A DNA stretch of 64,000 bases from Paraspadella gotoi (GCA_051294375.1 CM119265.1:2827292-2891291); one strand, 5' to 3'. Shown: positions 12,601-27,366, counted from the first letter of the stretch. Numbers and translations are program-made. Notes: generated from the letters alone by a model not told the origin.

Positions 12601-14121
12601 NNNNNNNNNNNNNNNNNNNNNNNNNNNNNNNNNNNNNNNNNNNNNNNNNNNNNNNNNNNNNNNNNNNNNNNNNNNNNNNNNNNNNNNNNNNNNNNNNNNN
12701 NNNNNNNNNNNNNNNNNNNNNNNNNNNNNNNNNNNNNNNNNNNNNNNNNNNNNNNNNNNNNNNNNNNNNNNNNNNNNNNNNNNNNNNNNNNNNNNNNNNN
12801 NNNNNNNNNNNNNNNNNNNNNNNNNNNNNNNNNNNNNNNNNNNNNNNNNNNNNNNNNNNNNNNNNNNNNNNNNNNNNNNNNNNNNNNNNNNNNNNNNNNN
12901 NNNNNNNNNNNNNNNNNNNNNNNNNNNNNNNNNNNNNNNNNNNNNNNNNNNNNNNNNNNNNNNNNNNNNNNNNNNNNNNNNNNNNNNNNNNNNNNNNNNN
13001 NNNNNNNNNNNNNNNNNNNNNNNNNNNNNNNNNNNNNNNNNNNNNNNNNNNNNNNNNNNNNNNNNNNNNNNNNNNNNNNNNNNNNNNNNNNNNNNNNNNN
13101 NNNNNNNNNNNNNNNNNNNNNNNNNNNNNNNNNNNNNNNNNNNNNNNNNNNNNNNNNNNNNNNNNNNNNNNNNNNNNNNNNNNNNNNNNNNNNNNNNNNN
13201 NNNGGGAGGGGGAAGAGAAAGAGGGGAAGGGGAAGAATAGAAAGAGGAACTAATCCTTTTATTAAGGGGTAGTGGGAAAAGGAGAGGAAGAAGAAGAGAT
13301 AGAGAAGAAGAAAGGAAATTAAAGATCCATCTATTCCCATCGGCTCCCAACATCTTTCAGCAACCTGTGATAGCGGGAACTGTTCCTTACCTGGGAATTT
13401 TCCTCAAAGACTTAACAATGATCGATACTGCTCTGCCAGACTTCACTCCAGAGGGACTTATTAACTTTGAGAAGAGGTAACTCGTTCATCGGTTCATTCA
13501 TTTGTAAGTTCGTTCATTCGTTCGTTCGTTTGATTTGTTCATTCATGCGAATTCTTTAATTTTTAATTCATACATTGGTTGTTACATTTTACACCCAACT
13601 CTTTAAATCTATTTAATTATTTTCTAATTCATTTTTTTCATTTATCACTCTATTCATTGATTCATTCATTGATTCATTCATTCATTCATTCAATTCATCT
13701 CCCCATTCATTCATCCTTTCATTCACTTCCCCTTCCTACTAGGTGGAAGGAGTACCCTATCCTCGCCCAAATCAAACTTCTCCAAGCGGCGGCCAAGAGT
13801 TACTCCATTCTGCCAGACCACAGTTTTCGTCGCTGGTTCAACAGCATCAAAGTTTTGGACGATTTACAATGGTGAACATTGCAGCATTTTTTTGATATTG
13901 TTTATCTTTGTAGATACATATATATATTTATAGTAATGGACCTCGATTGGTTTGTTTAAAGTGTTAGGGGGCAAACCTTGTATATATTGTCTCTTTGTTA
14001 ATTTGTCTGTTCATTTGTTTATTTTTCAATTTTTCAGTCATGATATTTCGTCTCAAATCGATCCGATAGGAGAAAATCGCGACTTTCATCCCGAACATCA
14101 AAAGAACCGAAGAATTTCCAG
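161..14121 (+). CDS. RalGDS/RGL-family RasGEF: end of REM region and CDC25 (RasGEF) domain exons; 5' end lies outside the window
   Basis: GT-AG exons at ~161-276, 1253-1378, 1463-1563, 7394-7557 ([27 protein letters not shown]), 7943-8095 ([17 protein letters not shown]), 12113-12299 ([15 protein letters not shown]), 13361-13476 ([26 protein letters not shown]), 13743-13871 ([15 protein letters not shown]), 14038-14121. The motifs match RalGDS/RGL CDC25 domains; at least one exon between 1563 and 7394 may be unrecognised. Confidence 0.9.
724..885 (+). ncRNA. U1: U1 spliceosomal snRNA
   Basis: 5' ATACTTACCTGG, loop I GATCAACAAG (U1-70K site), ATTGCACTTCGG (U1A site), Sm site AATTTGTG, terminal GGGGTCTGCG-TTCG-CGCTAACCCC stem; ~162 nt. 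Confidence 0.97.
1081..1180 (-). repeat. Degenerate fragment of repeat family A (twister-bearing ~319-bp repeat)
   Basis: TACAACCATTATAGAATTATTCATTCATTTAATAAATAAGCAATCTT..CCCAGACTTAGAACAGGCT aligns with 10840-10925. Confidence 0.7.
1614..1821. mobile_element. MITE-like element with internal TTAGGG-like repeats (related copy ~37384-37652)
   Basis: Ends GCCCTATTTT...AAAATAGGGC are inverted repeats; the interior is degenerate GGTTAGGG/GGTTAAG. Confidence 0.55.
2783..2975 (+). mobile_element. Possible Helentron-associated (HINE/DINE-1-like) fragment; similar pieces at ~4010-4150 and ~5136-5470
   Basis: ACTCTATAA followed by a GTCC/GTCT microsatellite (2805, 5149); shared GTTACGAAAAAAGGTT...TCTGAAT (2927, 4108); 5450-5472 ends in TCTTGTT. 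Confidence 0.4.
3400..3895. repeat. Low-complexity TTCATTTAT/TTCATTTAG minisatellite containing a 72-nt near-perfect hairpin (3690-3761)
   Basis: Repeated ~9-bp units are directly visible; the hairpin has 31-bp arms and a 10-nt loop. Confidence 0.8.
8284..10630. mobile_element. Non-autonomous DNA transposon with 8-bp TSD (hAT- or P-like)
   Basis: TCCCTGCA is duplicated at 8276-8283 and 10631-10638; the empty site is seen in the neighbouring monomers; GC-rich imperfect subterminal inverted repeats (GCCCCGCGGGG..GGCGCCCC.AGGGGCAG); no transposase ORF. Confidence 0.8.
10882..10944 (-). ncRNA. Putative type-P5 twister ribozyme (family A)
   Basis: Minus strand: TATCTTGT-AAG-AGT-GA-TGG-AGGCCT-TAA-ACC-AC-CAAAG-CCTG-TCCAAAGT-CAGG-G-GCAAGATA; P5, P4, T1 (CCA/TGG) and T2 (AC/GT) all pair. 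Confidence 0.75.
11201..11263 (-). ncRNA. Putative type-P5 twister ribozyme (family A, next monomer)
   Basis: Core identical to 10882-10944, 319 bp away. Confidence 0.75.
11462..11550. mobile_element. 89-bp mini-MITE / perfect inverted repeat
   Basis: TTATATTGAGGCGACTTACCACCGGTC ... GACCGGTGGTAAGTCGCCTCAATATAA: 27-bp perfect arms around a pyrimidine spacer. Confidence 0.7.
12314..13203. other. Assembly gap (smaller gaps at 14315-14339, 23554-23578, 29728-29737, 30268-30486, 61796-61820)
   Basis: Runs of N. Confidence 1.
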
Positions 14122-14339
14122 GTAAAAAAAAAAAACTTCAAATGCGGGATAGAGACAGAGACGAAATGACGGAGAAAGAGAAACGAAACAAAAGAAACAA
14201 ACCAAAAAAAAACAACTAAAATGACGAAACCCACAGATGCCGAAAGGGGCGCATCTGTTTTTCTCTTCCCTTCGCTCGTTTTTGCGCGAAAATCCAATTC
14301 TCTCTCTCTCTCTCNNNNNNNNNNNNNNNNNNNNNNNNN

Positions 14340-17300
14340 CGAGATTCTGACTAAAAGTTGGATCAAAAAAATCGATGGTGACAATATTCACATTATTTTA
14401 ATATGAATACGTTACTCTTTTTCATTATGAGATGAGGTTGAGATAAAAAATGTATATATTATTATTTAAATCTTATCAATTAAATGAATGGATAACTTTT
14501 ATATTGGTTGTTACCAATTTTATAAGTGTAAAAGAAAATGAAAATTAACAATATATTTGATCAAAGAAATATGGACACAATGCCATTGTGGTTGATCCGT
14601 AAATACTTGAGTCTCAAAAACTCCTCAACACCAATAAACAAGACACCAGCTTCTTTTTTTAATACTTACAATAAACAAAGTCCCAAAACAATGACGTTAC
14701 CTTCTCATCGGCGTTTAAACGCGTACTCTTGGACCAATCCCAGCTCGAGTCGACTCGTCTCCGCGAATCACGTGCCGCCCATTCGCAGAATTCGGCCTTC
14801 AGTTCGCAAGAGATTTCGTTTTTGACGAAAGCACGTTTTTCCTGAATTGAATCCAGATGTCGCTCGAAGTTTGAACCAGTCACCCCCGGAATTTTCTTTT
14901 GCCTTAAGTTAAATATAAGTCACGGTAAAAAGTTTTTGTTCTGTAAAAGTAGCTTAATAAAGTTTTAATCTTTTTTTTATTTACAGGGATTCTTCACTTT
15001 GTGTAGGCGATTAAAATCGTACAAAATTAACCAAAAAGTACAAACGTTATCGTCTCACGTCTCACGTCTCACGTTCTCACGTCTCACCGACCAACTGACG
15101 TGAGAAAAATTTGAGCGTCGATGGATCGAATTGAGGGATCTTTCAACCATCGGTGAAAATATTCGAAGCCTTTGGGAATTTCGGGGACTGGGGACTCACT
15201 GGGGATCGGTGAAGGGGGATAGGGGGAGAGAGAGAGAGAGAGATTCTTTGAGAATAAGTAGTATGTATTTCTGTAATTAAACTTTGAAAAGTGATTAAGT
15301 TTATAGTAATTAACCAATTATGTTAAAACTCAAAAACGCTCTCACCAGAAAGGCGGTAAACTTGAGGACCAAATCTGCGATTTAGCCAACGGAAACCAAA
15401 AGACGAGAACCAAAGACGAAAAACAAAAGTCAAAAGGAGTTTTATTAAATAATCGCGACATGCGATGCAAATGCAGGCGAAAGGTCATGTCCGAATTTTT
15501 GTTTAATCAGAAAATTTAGAGAAAAAATAAATAAAATTCATGAAAAAAATTTATTAAAACAAGTGGATCGGAAACTGTCTCCAGCGACATTTCGTTTATT
15601 TATTTTCTCAATTAATTTAAAAACCGAAAAAAATGATTTTGCAGAAATTTCGAGTGGATCCTAACAATCGTGTTCAAGTGGGTAAAGTGGTGATTAACAC
15701 GGAAGCCGCCGCGTCGTAGAGAAGGTTCCTAGAAAAAGTTCCAGGCAGAATGTATTATTGATTGCACGGCTGATTGTCAAACCAGTCAAACAAGTCAAAC
15801 TAGTCTTATAATGACGATTATTGTGAAAAACACACCCAAAAAAAAAACAAAAACCCCTGTTTTGAGTTTTTTCAAAGTAGTGCCTAATTTGATTTACGAA
15901 TTTATTATAATATTTATATATATATATATATACAATTGCTTTCCTGAATTAATCTTCTAAATATAAGTAGAAAAGTGGCTGAACGCTTTGCCAGTTATTC
16001 CAGAGGATCGTATTTCTGTTAGTGAATGCCGTTAATATAACGAACATGAAAATTCATGAAAAATTTAATTAGCAGAAAAGTAAAACTAAAAAACTTTACA
16101 GCTTAAGCTATGCTATGCTATATCCTGTTACTATGCCACTATCTTCTATTATATTATTCTACTCATTATCATTTAATTTTATACTTATTATATTATTTAT
16201 CATTTTAATGATCTATCGATTTGTAAAACATCCATTAACCAAAAACTTGGCCCCTAGAGGTAATCAAACCTGCTCAAAACTTCGTTTTACAAACATGATA
16301 TATTTACACAGTAAAAATTAAACATTTTTTTGCAGAATCGATAAAACAGTCAGAAGAGCGCGGCTTTTTAGATTTAGGATGCAATACTATATATCACACT
16401 GCAAAAAATTCATTCAAAGCAGACGGACACAAAAAAAAATTATGAAAACCTTTTATGAATAAATAAAAAACTGTTGCAATCACCACTCTGGGCGTTCATT
16501 CCTATGCCTTAACCTATTTCCGTTCATAAGTTTTGTTTCGAGACATAGAGGCCACAATATTGAATTTACTCACACTCACTTGCAAGGTTAAAAAGTTTAC
16601 CCTGGAACTCGTGACTTTCCGGTTGTCTTTGGCTGATTGCTCCGTTTTCGTTGCAGGGAGTAAACATTTGATACATATTTGACTTGCTCTAGACAAATAA
16701 TAGATTCTGGCTTTATATTTCTGGTTTATATTTTGGTTTATACATCCGTACTTTTTAAACTTCTTTTTACATTATTTTAAAGCTCAAAAATGATATAAAG
16801 TGACAAAATATTATATTAACCCTTTTCCTCTTACGATTAATGTTTCTTCTTTTCTCTTTGTTTAATCTTAACAAATATATCCTAGCCGGTAAGTCCGAAT
16901 TTAAAAATTTTGACTGTTTCCAGTTTCATGAAAACAATACCAACTAAATATAACCATAAAAAAAAAATTAAAATAAAACCCATAAAATAAAAATAAACAT
17001 AACAAATAACAATAAAAAATAAACATAAAATAGTAGGAAGCATTCTTAAAGTGAGTAAAGTAACATATATAATCTTCGCTAATTTTGTTAAATTTTGAAA
17101 TGAAAAATTCGACATTTTACCGAACTGAATGTTTAACGTCGATTCAACCAAAAATATCGAAAAGCTAAGAATCAATTCAAAGTCGCTTGCGCAGTTTATT
17201 CTCAATTTCAGAAAGGAGTTGCTTTTTTCGTTCAAGTAGATATTATTATTATTTAATTTTTATATAATATTAAATTTACCTATGCTAATTAATTATTTGA

Positions 17301-20300
17301 AATAATTAAAATATAATATAATCTACAATTAATAGGGTAAAATTTTTAAGGGAACCTTTTTGATGATAAACAAATGAAGCTTGTTTGTGCAATATTGTCA
17401 GTTTACGAATCTGATACGAATGCTCTAACGATTGTAAAGCTTATCAGACATCAAATATTTGAAGGTAAGCATATTATATTTTTTTAAAATAAATTAATTT
17501 TTAAACAATCTTATATAATATCGATTCAAAAGAAAATCTACAAATATGAAGCAAATTACTTCTAAAAAATGGTGATAACATGAATTCACTAGATATTATA
17601 ACCCGATATAAGTATTTTGAATTATTTACTATTTTAAAAATTAAACTAATTTTATTAAATATAAATTAATAAATTCTAATACATTTTATTTATTAACATT
17701 CTAAGAAAATATAAGATTTCTCTAATGTGCGTACTAAATGATGAACGAAATCATTGCTTTTGAAATAATATTTAAATAAATAAATTTCGAGAACCATCCC
17801 CTCTCCCCTTAAGGACTTCCACAACATCGATGATCCGCCGATGTCACCATCCGGTCCTTGTCTCAAAGAGATGTCTTCAAAGAACAGGATTCAAGGTCAC
17901 GCCATGCTTCCGAGCGAAGCTTTGCTAAATTGCGTTACGCTTAAACGAAACTCGACGCGGCGCAAATTGGGAATCTGGAAAATCGAAGACTTCCCCAATT
18001 TTTTTTTCATCACTTTTCCACGAAACGAAGTAGAATTTATCAATTGAAAAAATATTTTTAAAAAATTGAATTAATGAAGTTGTAGTGGACCTAGAGGACT
18101 TGGGTTAAAGAGGGACGAGAGGCGCTTCATCACCCCCCCCTGCAGCCTTATCTTCAAAACTTAGGGACTGCTTATAATAATCGGTATCATCACACAATTA
18201 TATCATGTCTCTTCATACATTAATAATTAAGCTAATGAGGTTGTATAGTAGGGTGGAGTGATGAAAAAAATTGAGCGATTGAACATTATTTTTTGATGGC
18301 CTATGGACATGTAATTAATGAAATTTTTAAATCCTTTAAAAAACTTTTTTCGCCTAACATATAGTAATTCAATTATTTACGTAGTAAGGCAGTCGGATTA
18401 AGGCTGACAACGCCGCATAATTTTATTTGAAAAACTCACGGTATTTTTCGCTTTTAGAATTTTTATTATTTTTTCTTTTTTCTTTAATATTTCTTTTTAT
18501 ACATAATTAAAAATGATTGTTTCCCTTTTCAGAAATCTACCTATATACAAAATATCGCGTTGCAACAAAGTAAGAATGTCCCAAGGATTTTGAAAAATGG
18601 TGAGATAACCACTCTTCGAATTTATTTAATTGTAAAATTAGTACTAGTAATATTAGTATACTTAAACATTAATTTATACATGTTTAAAACAATAGATGAC
18701 TGCGACCCGGTGCGATTATTTTCTCTCATCTTCGAATGTATTCGTTAATGAAGAAAATATGTTTTGCCAAGATTAGTGAATGAGGGCTCTCGAATTTCTC
18801 AGAACGCACAGCCGTGCCGCGGAAGATGTAAAGCGTCGAGGCTTCGTCGATGTGAATGATGCCAGTTTTCCAAGGTTCTCCGTTTGGATGTTACGGAATC
18901 TCTGATTACGAACACGAAGGAAAGGAAACGACATTTTATTGATCGGCAAAATCAGAGTGTGGAGGAATTGCGACTGATGAGGGAAAACCAATGCAAACGG
19001 CTTGTATTGCTCCGTGGAACAAAAACCGTAAATGATTGGATAATTGTGATTCAAACTAATAACTATTCCTAATGTAAGAGTAAAATTTTTATTCTTTTTG
19101 TCGAACTGCTTTCTCATAAAACTAGTGTATAACGACGATATCAGTGGCTGGAAAAATGAGTAAATGACCTTTGCTAACTCAAAATTAAGCAAAAACATTA
19201 ATCAAATTGAAATTATTTTGTGCAGCATTTAATTTTGTTCAACGAGAACGATGAATGAAACTAATGAAAAAAAAAGAGTTTGTTTGAAATGTAAAACAGA
19301 CATTCAGGTTATTTCTAATGTCATATCATGTTGAAGACAAAATGAGTTATAAAATTATTATCATTATCTGTCTGTCCATCAATTGATCGAAGTTGACTAG
19401 CATTTTCTATTGAATGATAGAATTAACGATGATGACGATGATGATGCATGATGAATAAAGACCGAATAATGTGGAAGGCGATGATAACGTTGATTAATTA
19501 TGATGATAATGAAGATAATGAAGACAAAAAAATATAGTTTTTTTATCATTATTCTATGTGCTGTTACAATAATGGATTCAAAAACAGTGCATCGGTTTGT
19601 ATGTAAGATAGTTCAATGTTAATGGATAAAAAGTTTGACTAGAAAAAAGAGAAGCGAATAATTAAATAAATAATAAAATAAATAAATAAATAAATAAATA
19701 AATGAATGAGATCGAAATGATTGAGGTTAAATTATTAAATTCATTTTTAAAAGAAATTTAAAAACGGGTAGTTAGTAGTTACAAAAAGCTCATAATTTAC
19801 TATGCAACTCTCTGAAATGCAACAAAACATTTCTTTTTAATACCCGTAATTTTTCTAGAAATTTAAATAAAAGTTGTTAAATTTAAATTCATGTCTAAAA
19901 TTTCATTCAAAGTAATTTTGAATTAGCTTTATTACAAAATTCATTTAGGACAAAAATATTCTAAATTTTAAAAAAAATTATATAGCGGTTGTACCTAACA
20001 TAAAATGTTTCAAAATTACAAAAAAAAACTTTTGCCAAAAATTGATGTATTGTTTTTTTAAAAACTAAAGACAAAAATATGAAACTTTTTTCCCTGCCAG
20101 CGTTTATATGCAACTAACAATTCAAGATATCTTTAAACAATCAAGGTTTTAGCAGAACGCGCTAATAATATAATGCATATTTTAAGTTTTTTGCATAAAA
20201 AAATCTGAAATCAATAAAAAAATTCAGTCAAGAATCACGAAAATTGAGTTAAAAAAAAATCATGAATTTTCGTCTAAAATGAGTTGTTGGGGAGAGGGGG

Positions 20301-20390
20301 GGGGGCGAGGAGAAAGGAGCGGCGTTGATTGGACAAATTTGAGAAACGAAAGGGAAATTTGGAAAGTCGAGAATAGGAAAGAAGAGAGAG

Positions 20391-20424
<34 letters not shown>

Positions 20425-21980
20425 TGAGAGTAGAGTAGGAGGATAAAGGTTTTTGTGTCTGGAGAGAGAAGAGCGAGAGAGAGAGAGAGAGAAAGAAAGA
20501 TACAAGGTTTGCGTCCTGAGGCGAAGACCTCAGTTTACTTCGAAATGTTGGACCTCTTGGTTTCATCCGGGTTCGGTCGACGAGGAGTTCCAAAGGTTCG
20601 TCAAGGTTGATCACTGCGACTTTCGTTTTTCTTCATTCGATCCCGGCCGGAGTCGTTCCTGGGATTGGATTTGATTGATCGAATGATTGGTTAAAGCTTT
20701 AACTTTATTGACTAATTATTTCTATGACCTATAATAAGTATTTCTTCTATTTAAAAAAAATGATCGATTGCGTATTCATTGGCTGCAATTGGATTGATGT
20801 TTTTTCACCTGAGCCGTTTTTTTTCTCAAACGAAAAGCATGGAAATCGGTCTGCTGTCTGTTGACCGCGTAGAAACATCGAGTGATCGGGTATCTCCAAT
20901 TCTTTTTAAAAAAAAAGAAAATTTTAATAAATCACTACGTGTAAAATAGTATTAAACTTTATGAGTAACGAAAGTATAGTCGGCAGATTCTTGGAAATTG
21001 CGGGAGCAACCCACGACGCGCCACCAGAATACAACCCAAAATAAAAATACAATTACATACGGCACGCTTTCCTGAAAATGAGGTTAAAAAAAAAACAACC
21101 GAAAGATTTCCTTAGCTTAATTTTAATAATAAAAATATAATTTTAACCAAATGAAATGAAATTCATTATTTTAAACTTAATTTTAAATAATGAATTTTCA
21201 TTATTTGTTAAAATTCCTTTAACTTTTGAAAAGTACAATGTATGGATTTTTGAAATCATAACAGATCTTCCAGATTTAAATGCCTCTTGTCATCTGCACC
21301 AATCATCTCCCTCTTACTTTATCTCTCTCTCTTTACCTTCTTTCTTCTCTCCTACTCTCTCCTCTTTTAACTTCTCTACTTCCCCCTATTTCTTTCTCAC
21401 CTCTCTCTGGCAGAACTTGCAAGAGGCAAAAGTCTCCGGTGATCTTCTTCCTCAGTTGTGTTCTCTGAGATCTGCTGATGACTGTCCGTCGTCTTGTCCA
21501 TATTCTTCACCATGTTCTGCAAGAATTCGGCTCAAATTTTTTCAACGATTTCGTCCGAGTGGATGAGTGAGGATTGGTCGGCACTGTTTTCCGAAGCGCC
21601 CAATTTATCGACTCCCTTAAGCAACTAAAATCTTAAACAAAACCCCTCACTTACGTCCATCACTCTATCTGTTTAGCTCAGTCTGTCTGTCCTTCTCACC
21701 CCCTTGTAGTGATTGGTGTCGTCGTTGCCGTCGCATTCCACAGGCGACTCGTATCACGCAGAAATCCGCTGCGACAAGAAAAAAAAAGAAAAAGATGAAG
21801 ATTGTGACTTTTTTTGGCGTCGTCGTCGGTCGTCGTCATCGTCGTCGTTATCGTCGTCGTGCGTTATCTCTCTCTCCCATTTCCACTTGATTGAGTCGAC
21901 TCAAGATCTTCTGACACGAAAGCAAATTATTAATTTTTTGACCGCTTTTAAATGTTTCATCTCTGCAGTCGCACAGTCTC

Positions 21981-22011
<31 letters not shown>

Positions 22012-22910
22012 TCATCGTCTCTCTCTCGTCTCTCTCTCTCTCATCTCTCTCTCTCTCTCTCTCTTCTCTCTCTGACCACGTCTTAAAGGGACAGTCCTAA
22101 CTCAGACGAATGATGAGACGATGGGACGAGTTTGGAGGACGATCCGAAACCCTTCGTCGACGAAGGCCGTCTTGGGGGAGTTTTTGGGGAACTCGGCAGC
22201 GGAGTGGCTCGTCGAGTGGAGAAGCTGACTCTGAGTCTGGGGGGTTGGAAAGGGCAGGTGGGCGTGGGAGTAGGAATTGGGCGTGAGTAGAGAAAAGAGT
22301 GGGAGGAAGAGGTAAGGAAAGAAAGGTAGTTGGAGGGAAGGAAACTTAATGCAATATTATATATAAATGAACGAAATTCTTGATTTTGCTATTTTTTAAG
22401 CAAATGATACCTAATAATAAAGATATTAATTGCATATATTTAAAACTGAACAAAGTAATAAATTAATAAGAACTAAACGAATAACGCAAAGAACGAATAA
22501 TTTGAAAGAACGTTTGGAATGAACAAAAGAATAAAGGAAGACTAACTTAACTAACGAACGAACGAACGAACAATAGAACGAGAACACGAACGGAACGAAC
22601 GAACCGAAACAGAGACGCGAAATAACCAGAGACGAAGGAACGAAGAAAAGAAACGGAGCCCGTGACTGAGGCCCGGGCTGTGCCTCCTCGCGACTCAGCC
22701 AAAGATTTGCCAGTTGATACATCCGAGTTCAGAAGGAAAGAATCCTCATTCCGAATAATCTGTGGGTCGGGGGTTGTGGGGGGGGGTTGACAGGGTGGAG
22801 AGAGATTGTGGGGGTTTTGGTGGGCCAAAGTGTTGGGGGGGGGTGGGGGAGTTGGATGTGTGAGATCGGTGAGGAATATTGGCAAGGGAAGATAAGCGGA
22901 AAAATGAGAG

Positions 22911-22975
<65 letters not shown>

Positions 22976-25900
22976 AGAGGATTGGCTGAGTTCGCGAGGG
23001 AGGCACAGCCCGGCCTCAGTCACGGGTCCGTCCATTTCTCTTTTATTCGTTCGTTCGTTCGTTCGTTCGTTCTATTGTTCGTTCGTTCGTTCGTTAGTTA
23101 GTTAGTTCCTTCCTTTATTCTTTTTATCATTCCGTTCTTTCATTTATTCGTTCTTTGGTTATTCGTTTAGTTTTATTAATTTTATTACTGTTCAGTTTTA
23201 AATATTGATTAATATCTTTATTATTAGGTATCAATTTGTTAAAAAATAGCAAAATCAAGAATTTCGTTCATTTTATTATAATAATTGATTAAGTTTCTTC
23301 CCTCACTACCTTTCTTTCCTTTACCTCTTCCTCCCACTCTTTTCTCTACTCACGCCCATTCCTACTCTCCACCGCCACCACCCTTTCCAACCCCCCAGAC
23401 TCAGAGTCCAGCTTCTCCCACTCGACGAGCCACTCCGCGCCGAGTTCCCCCAAAAACTCCCCCAAGACGGCCTTTCGTCGACGAAGGGTTTCGGGATCGT
23501 CCTCCAACTCGTCCATCTCTCATCATTCGTCTGAGTTGGACTGTCCCTTTAAGNNNNNNNNNNNNNNNNNNNNNNNNNAAAAAAAGAGAGAGGGATTCGG
23601 TGGGACTTTCCGGTTTGTCTTTGGCTGATTGCTCCGTTCTCGTTGCAGGGAGTAAACATTTGATACATATTGACTTTGCCTCTAGACAAATAATAGATTT
23701 CTGGTTTATATTTTTCTGGTTTATATTCTGGGTTTATACATCCGCTACTTTTTAAACTTCTTTTTACATTATTTTAAGCTCAAAAATGAATATAAAGTGC
23801 AAAATATTTATATTACCCTTTTCCTCTTACGATTAATGTTTCTTCTTTTCTCTTGTTTAATCTTAACAAATATAATCCTAGCCGTAAGTCCGAATTTAAA
23901 AATTTTGACTGTTTCAGTTTATGAAAACAATACACATAAATATAACCATAAAAATAAAAATAAAAATAAACCCATAAAATAAAAATAAACATAAAATAAA
24001 ATAAAAAATAAACCATAAAAATAGTAGGAAGCATTCTAAAAGTGAGTAAAGTAACTATATAATCTTCGCTAATTTTGTTAAATTTTGAAATGAAAATTCG
24101 ACATTTTACCAACTGAAGTTTACGTCGATTCAAACCAAAAATATCGAAAAGCTAAGAATCAATTCCAAAGTCGCTTGCGCAGTTTATTCTCAATTTAAGA
24201 AAGGAGTTGCTTTTTTCGTTCAAGTAGATTATTATTTAATTATTTAATTTTTAATTAATAATTAAATTTACCTATGCTAATTAATTTTTTGAAATAATTA
24301 AATTTATTTCAATATACAATCTAAAATAGGGTAAAATTTTTAAGGGAACCTTTTGATGATAAACAAATGAAGCTTGTGTGCAATATTGTCAAGTTTACCG
24401 AATCTGATACGAATGCTCTAACGATTGTTAAAGCTTATCAGACATCAAATATTGAAGGTAAGCAATATTATATTTTTTAAAATAAATTAATTTTTTAAAC
24501 AATCTTATAATAATATCGATTCAAAGAAAATCTACAAATATGAGCAAATTACTTCTAAAAAATGGTGATAACATTGAATTCACTAGATATTATAACCCGA
24601 TATAAGTATTTTGAATTAATTTACTATTTTAAAAATTAAACTAATTTTATTAAATATAAATTAATAAATTCTAATACATTTATTAAATTTATTAAATCTA
24701 AGAAAATATAAGATTTCTCTAAATGTGCGTACTAAATGATGAAACGAAATCATTGCTTTTGAAAGAATATTTAAAATAAATAAATTTCAGAACCATCCCC
24801 TCTCCCCTTAAAGGACTTCAACACATCGATGATCCGCCGATGTCACCATCCCGGTCCTTGTCTCAAGAGATGTCCTCAAAGACAGGGATTTCAAGGTCAC
24901 GCCATGCTCCGAGCGAAGCTTTGCTAAATTGCGTTACGCTTAAACGAAACTCGACGCGGCGCAAATTGGGAATCTGGAAATATCGAAGAACTTCCCAATT
25001 TTTTTTTCATCACTTTTCCCGAAACGAAGTAGATTTTATCAATTGAAAAAATATTTTTAAAAAATGAATTAATGAAGTTGTAGTGGACCTAGAGGACTTG
25101 GGTTAAGAGGACGAGGCGCTTCACACCCCCCCCTGCAGCCTTATCTCAAACTTAGGGACTGCTTATAATAATCGGTATCATCACACAATTATATCATGTC
25201 TCTTCAATACATTAATAATTAAGCTATGAGGTTGTATAGTAGGGTGGAGTGATGAAAAAATTGAGCGATTGAACATTATTTTTTTGATGCCTATGGACAT
25301 GTAATTAATGAATTTTTAAATCCTTTAAAAAACTTTTTTCGCCTAACATTATAGTAAATTCAATTATTTACGTAGTAAGGCAGTCGGATTAAGGCTGACA
25401 ACGCCGCATATTTTATTTGAAAAACTCACGGTTATTTTGTCCTTTTAGAATTTTTATTATTTTTTCTTTTTCTTTAATATTTCTTTTTTATACATAATTA
25501 AAAATGATTGTTTCCCTTTTCAGAAATTACCTATATACAAAATTCGCTTGCAACAAAGTGAAGAATGTCCCAAGGATTTTGAAAAATGGTGAGATAACCA
25601 CTCTTCGAATTTATTTAATTGTAAAAATTAGTACTAGTAATATTAGTATACTTAAACATTAATTATAACATGTTTAAAACAATAGATGACTGCGACCCGG
25701 GCGATTATTTTCTCTCATCTTACGAAGTATTCGTTAATGAAAGAAAAATGTTTTGCCAAGATTAGTGAATGAGCTCTCGACATTTTCTCGAACCACAACC
25801 GTGGCCGCGGAAGATGTAAAGCGTCGAGGCTTCGTCGATGTGATGATGCCAGTTTTCCAAGGTTCTCCGTTTGGATGTTACGGAATCTCGATTACGAACA

Positions 25901-26631
25901 CGAAGGAAAGGAAACGACATTTTATTGATCGGCAAAATCAGAGGTGTGGAGGAATTGCGACTGATGAGGGAAACCAATGCAAACGGCTTGTATTGCTCCG
26001 TGGAACAAAAAACCGTAAATGATTGATAATTGTGATTCAAACTAATAACTATTCCTAATGTAATAGTAAATTTTTATTCTTTTTGTCGAACTGCTTTCTC
26101 AAATAAAACTAGTGTATACGACGATATCAGTGGCTGGAAAAATGAGTAAATGACTTGCTAACTCAAAATTAAGCGAAAAACATTAATCAAATTGAAATTA
26201 TTTTGTGCACATTTAATTTTATTCAACGAGAACGATGAATGAAACTAATGAAAAAAAAAGAGTTTGTTTGAAATGTAAAACAGACATTCAGGGTTATTTC
26301 TATGTCATATCGTTGAAGACAAAATGAGTTATCATTATTATCATTATCTTGTCTGTCATAATTGATGACGAAGTTGACTAGCATTTTCTATTGAATGATA
26401 GAATTAACGATGATGACGATGATGATGCAGATGATAAAGACGATAATGTGGAAGGCGATGATAACGTTGATAATTATGATGATAATGAAGATAATGAAGA
26501 CAAAAAAATATAGTTTTTTTTATCATTATTCTATGTGTGTAAATAATGGATTCAAAAACAGTGCATCGGTTGTTGTAAATAGTTTAATGTTATGGATAAA
26601 AAGTTTGACTAGAAAAAAGAGAAGCGAATAA

Positions 26632-26671
<40 letters not shown>

Positions 26672-27366
26672 ATGAATTGAGATCGAAATGATTGAGGTTA
26701 AAATTATTAAATTCATATTTTAAAAAGAATTAAAAACGGGTAGTTAGTAGTTACAAAAAGCTCATAATTTACTATGAACTCTCTGAAATGCAACAAAAAC
26801 ATTTTTCTTTTTAATCCGCGTAATTTTTCTAGAAATTTAATAAAAGTTTGTTAAATAAATTCATGTCTAAAATTTCATTCACAAGTAATTTTGAATTAGC
26901 TTTATTACAAAATTCATTTAGGACAAAAATATTCTAAATATTTAAAAAAAATTAATATAGCGTTGTACCTAACATAAAATGTTCAAAATTACAAAAAAAA
27001 ACTTTTGGCCAAAAATTGATGTATTGTTTTTTAAAATAAAGACAAAAATATGAAACCTTTTTTCCCTGCCAGCCTTTATATCAACTAAAATTCAAGAATA
27101 TCTTTAAACAATCAAGGTTTTAGAGAACCGATAATAATATAATCATAATTTAAGTTTTTTGCATAAAAAATCTGAAATCATAAAAAAATTCAGTCAAGAA
27201 TCACGAATTGAGTTAAAAAAAATCATGAATTTCGTCTAAAATGAGTCGTTGGGGAGAGGGGGGGGGGCGAGGAGAAAGGAGCGGCGTTGAATTGGACAAA
27301 TTTGAGAAACGAAAGGGAAATTTGGAAAGTCGAGAATAGGAAAGAAGAGAGAGAGAGAGAGAGAAG

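Noticed and set aside
12093-13353. 300-400 aa ORFs
   Set aside because: They run through an N gap; only the RalGDS exon part is real.
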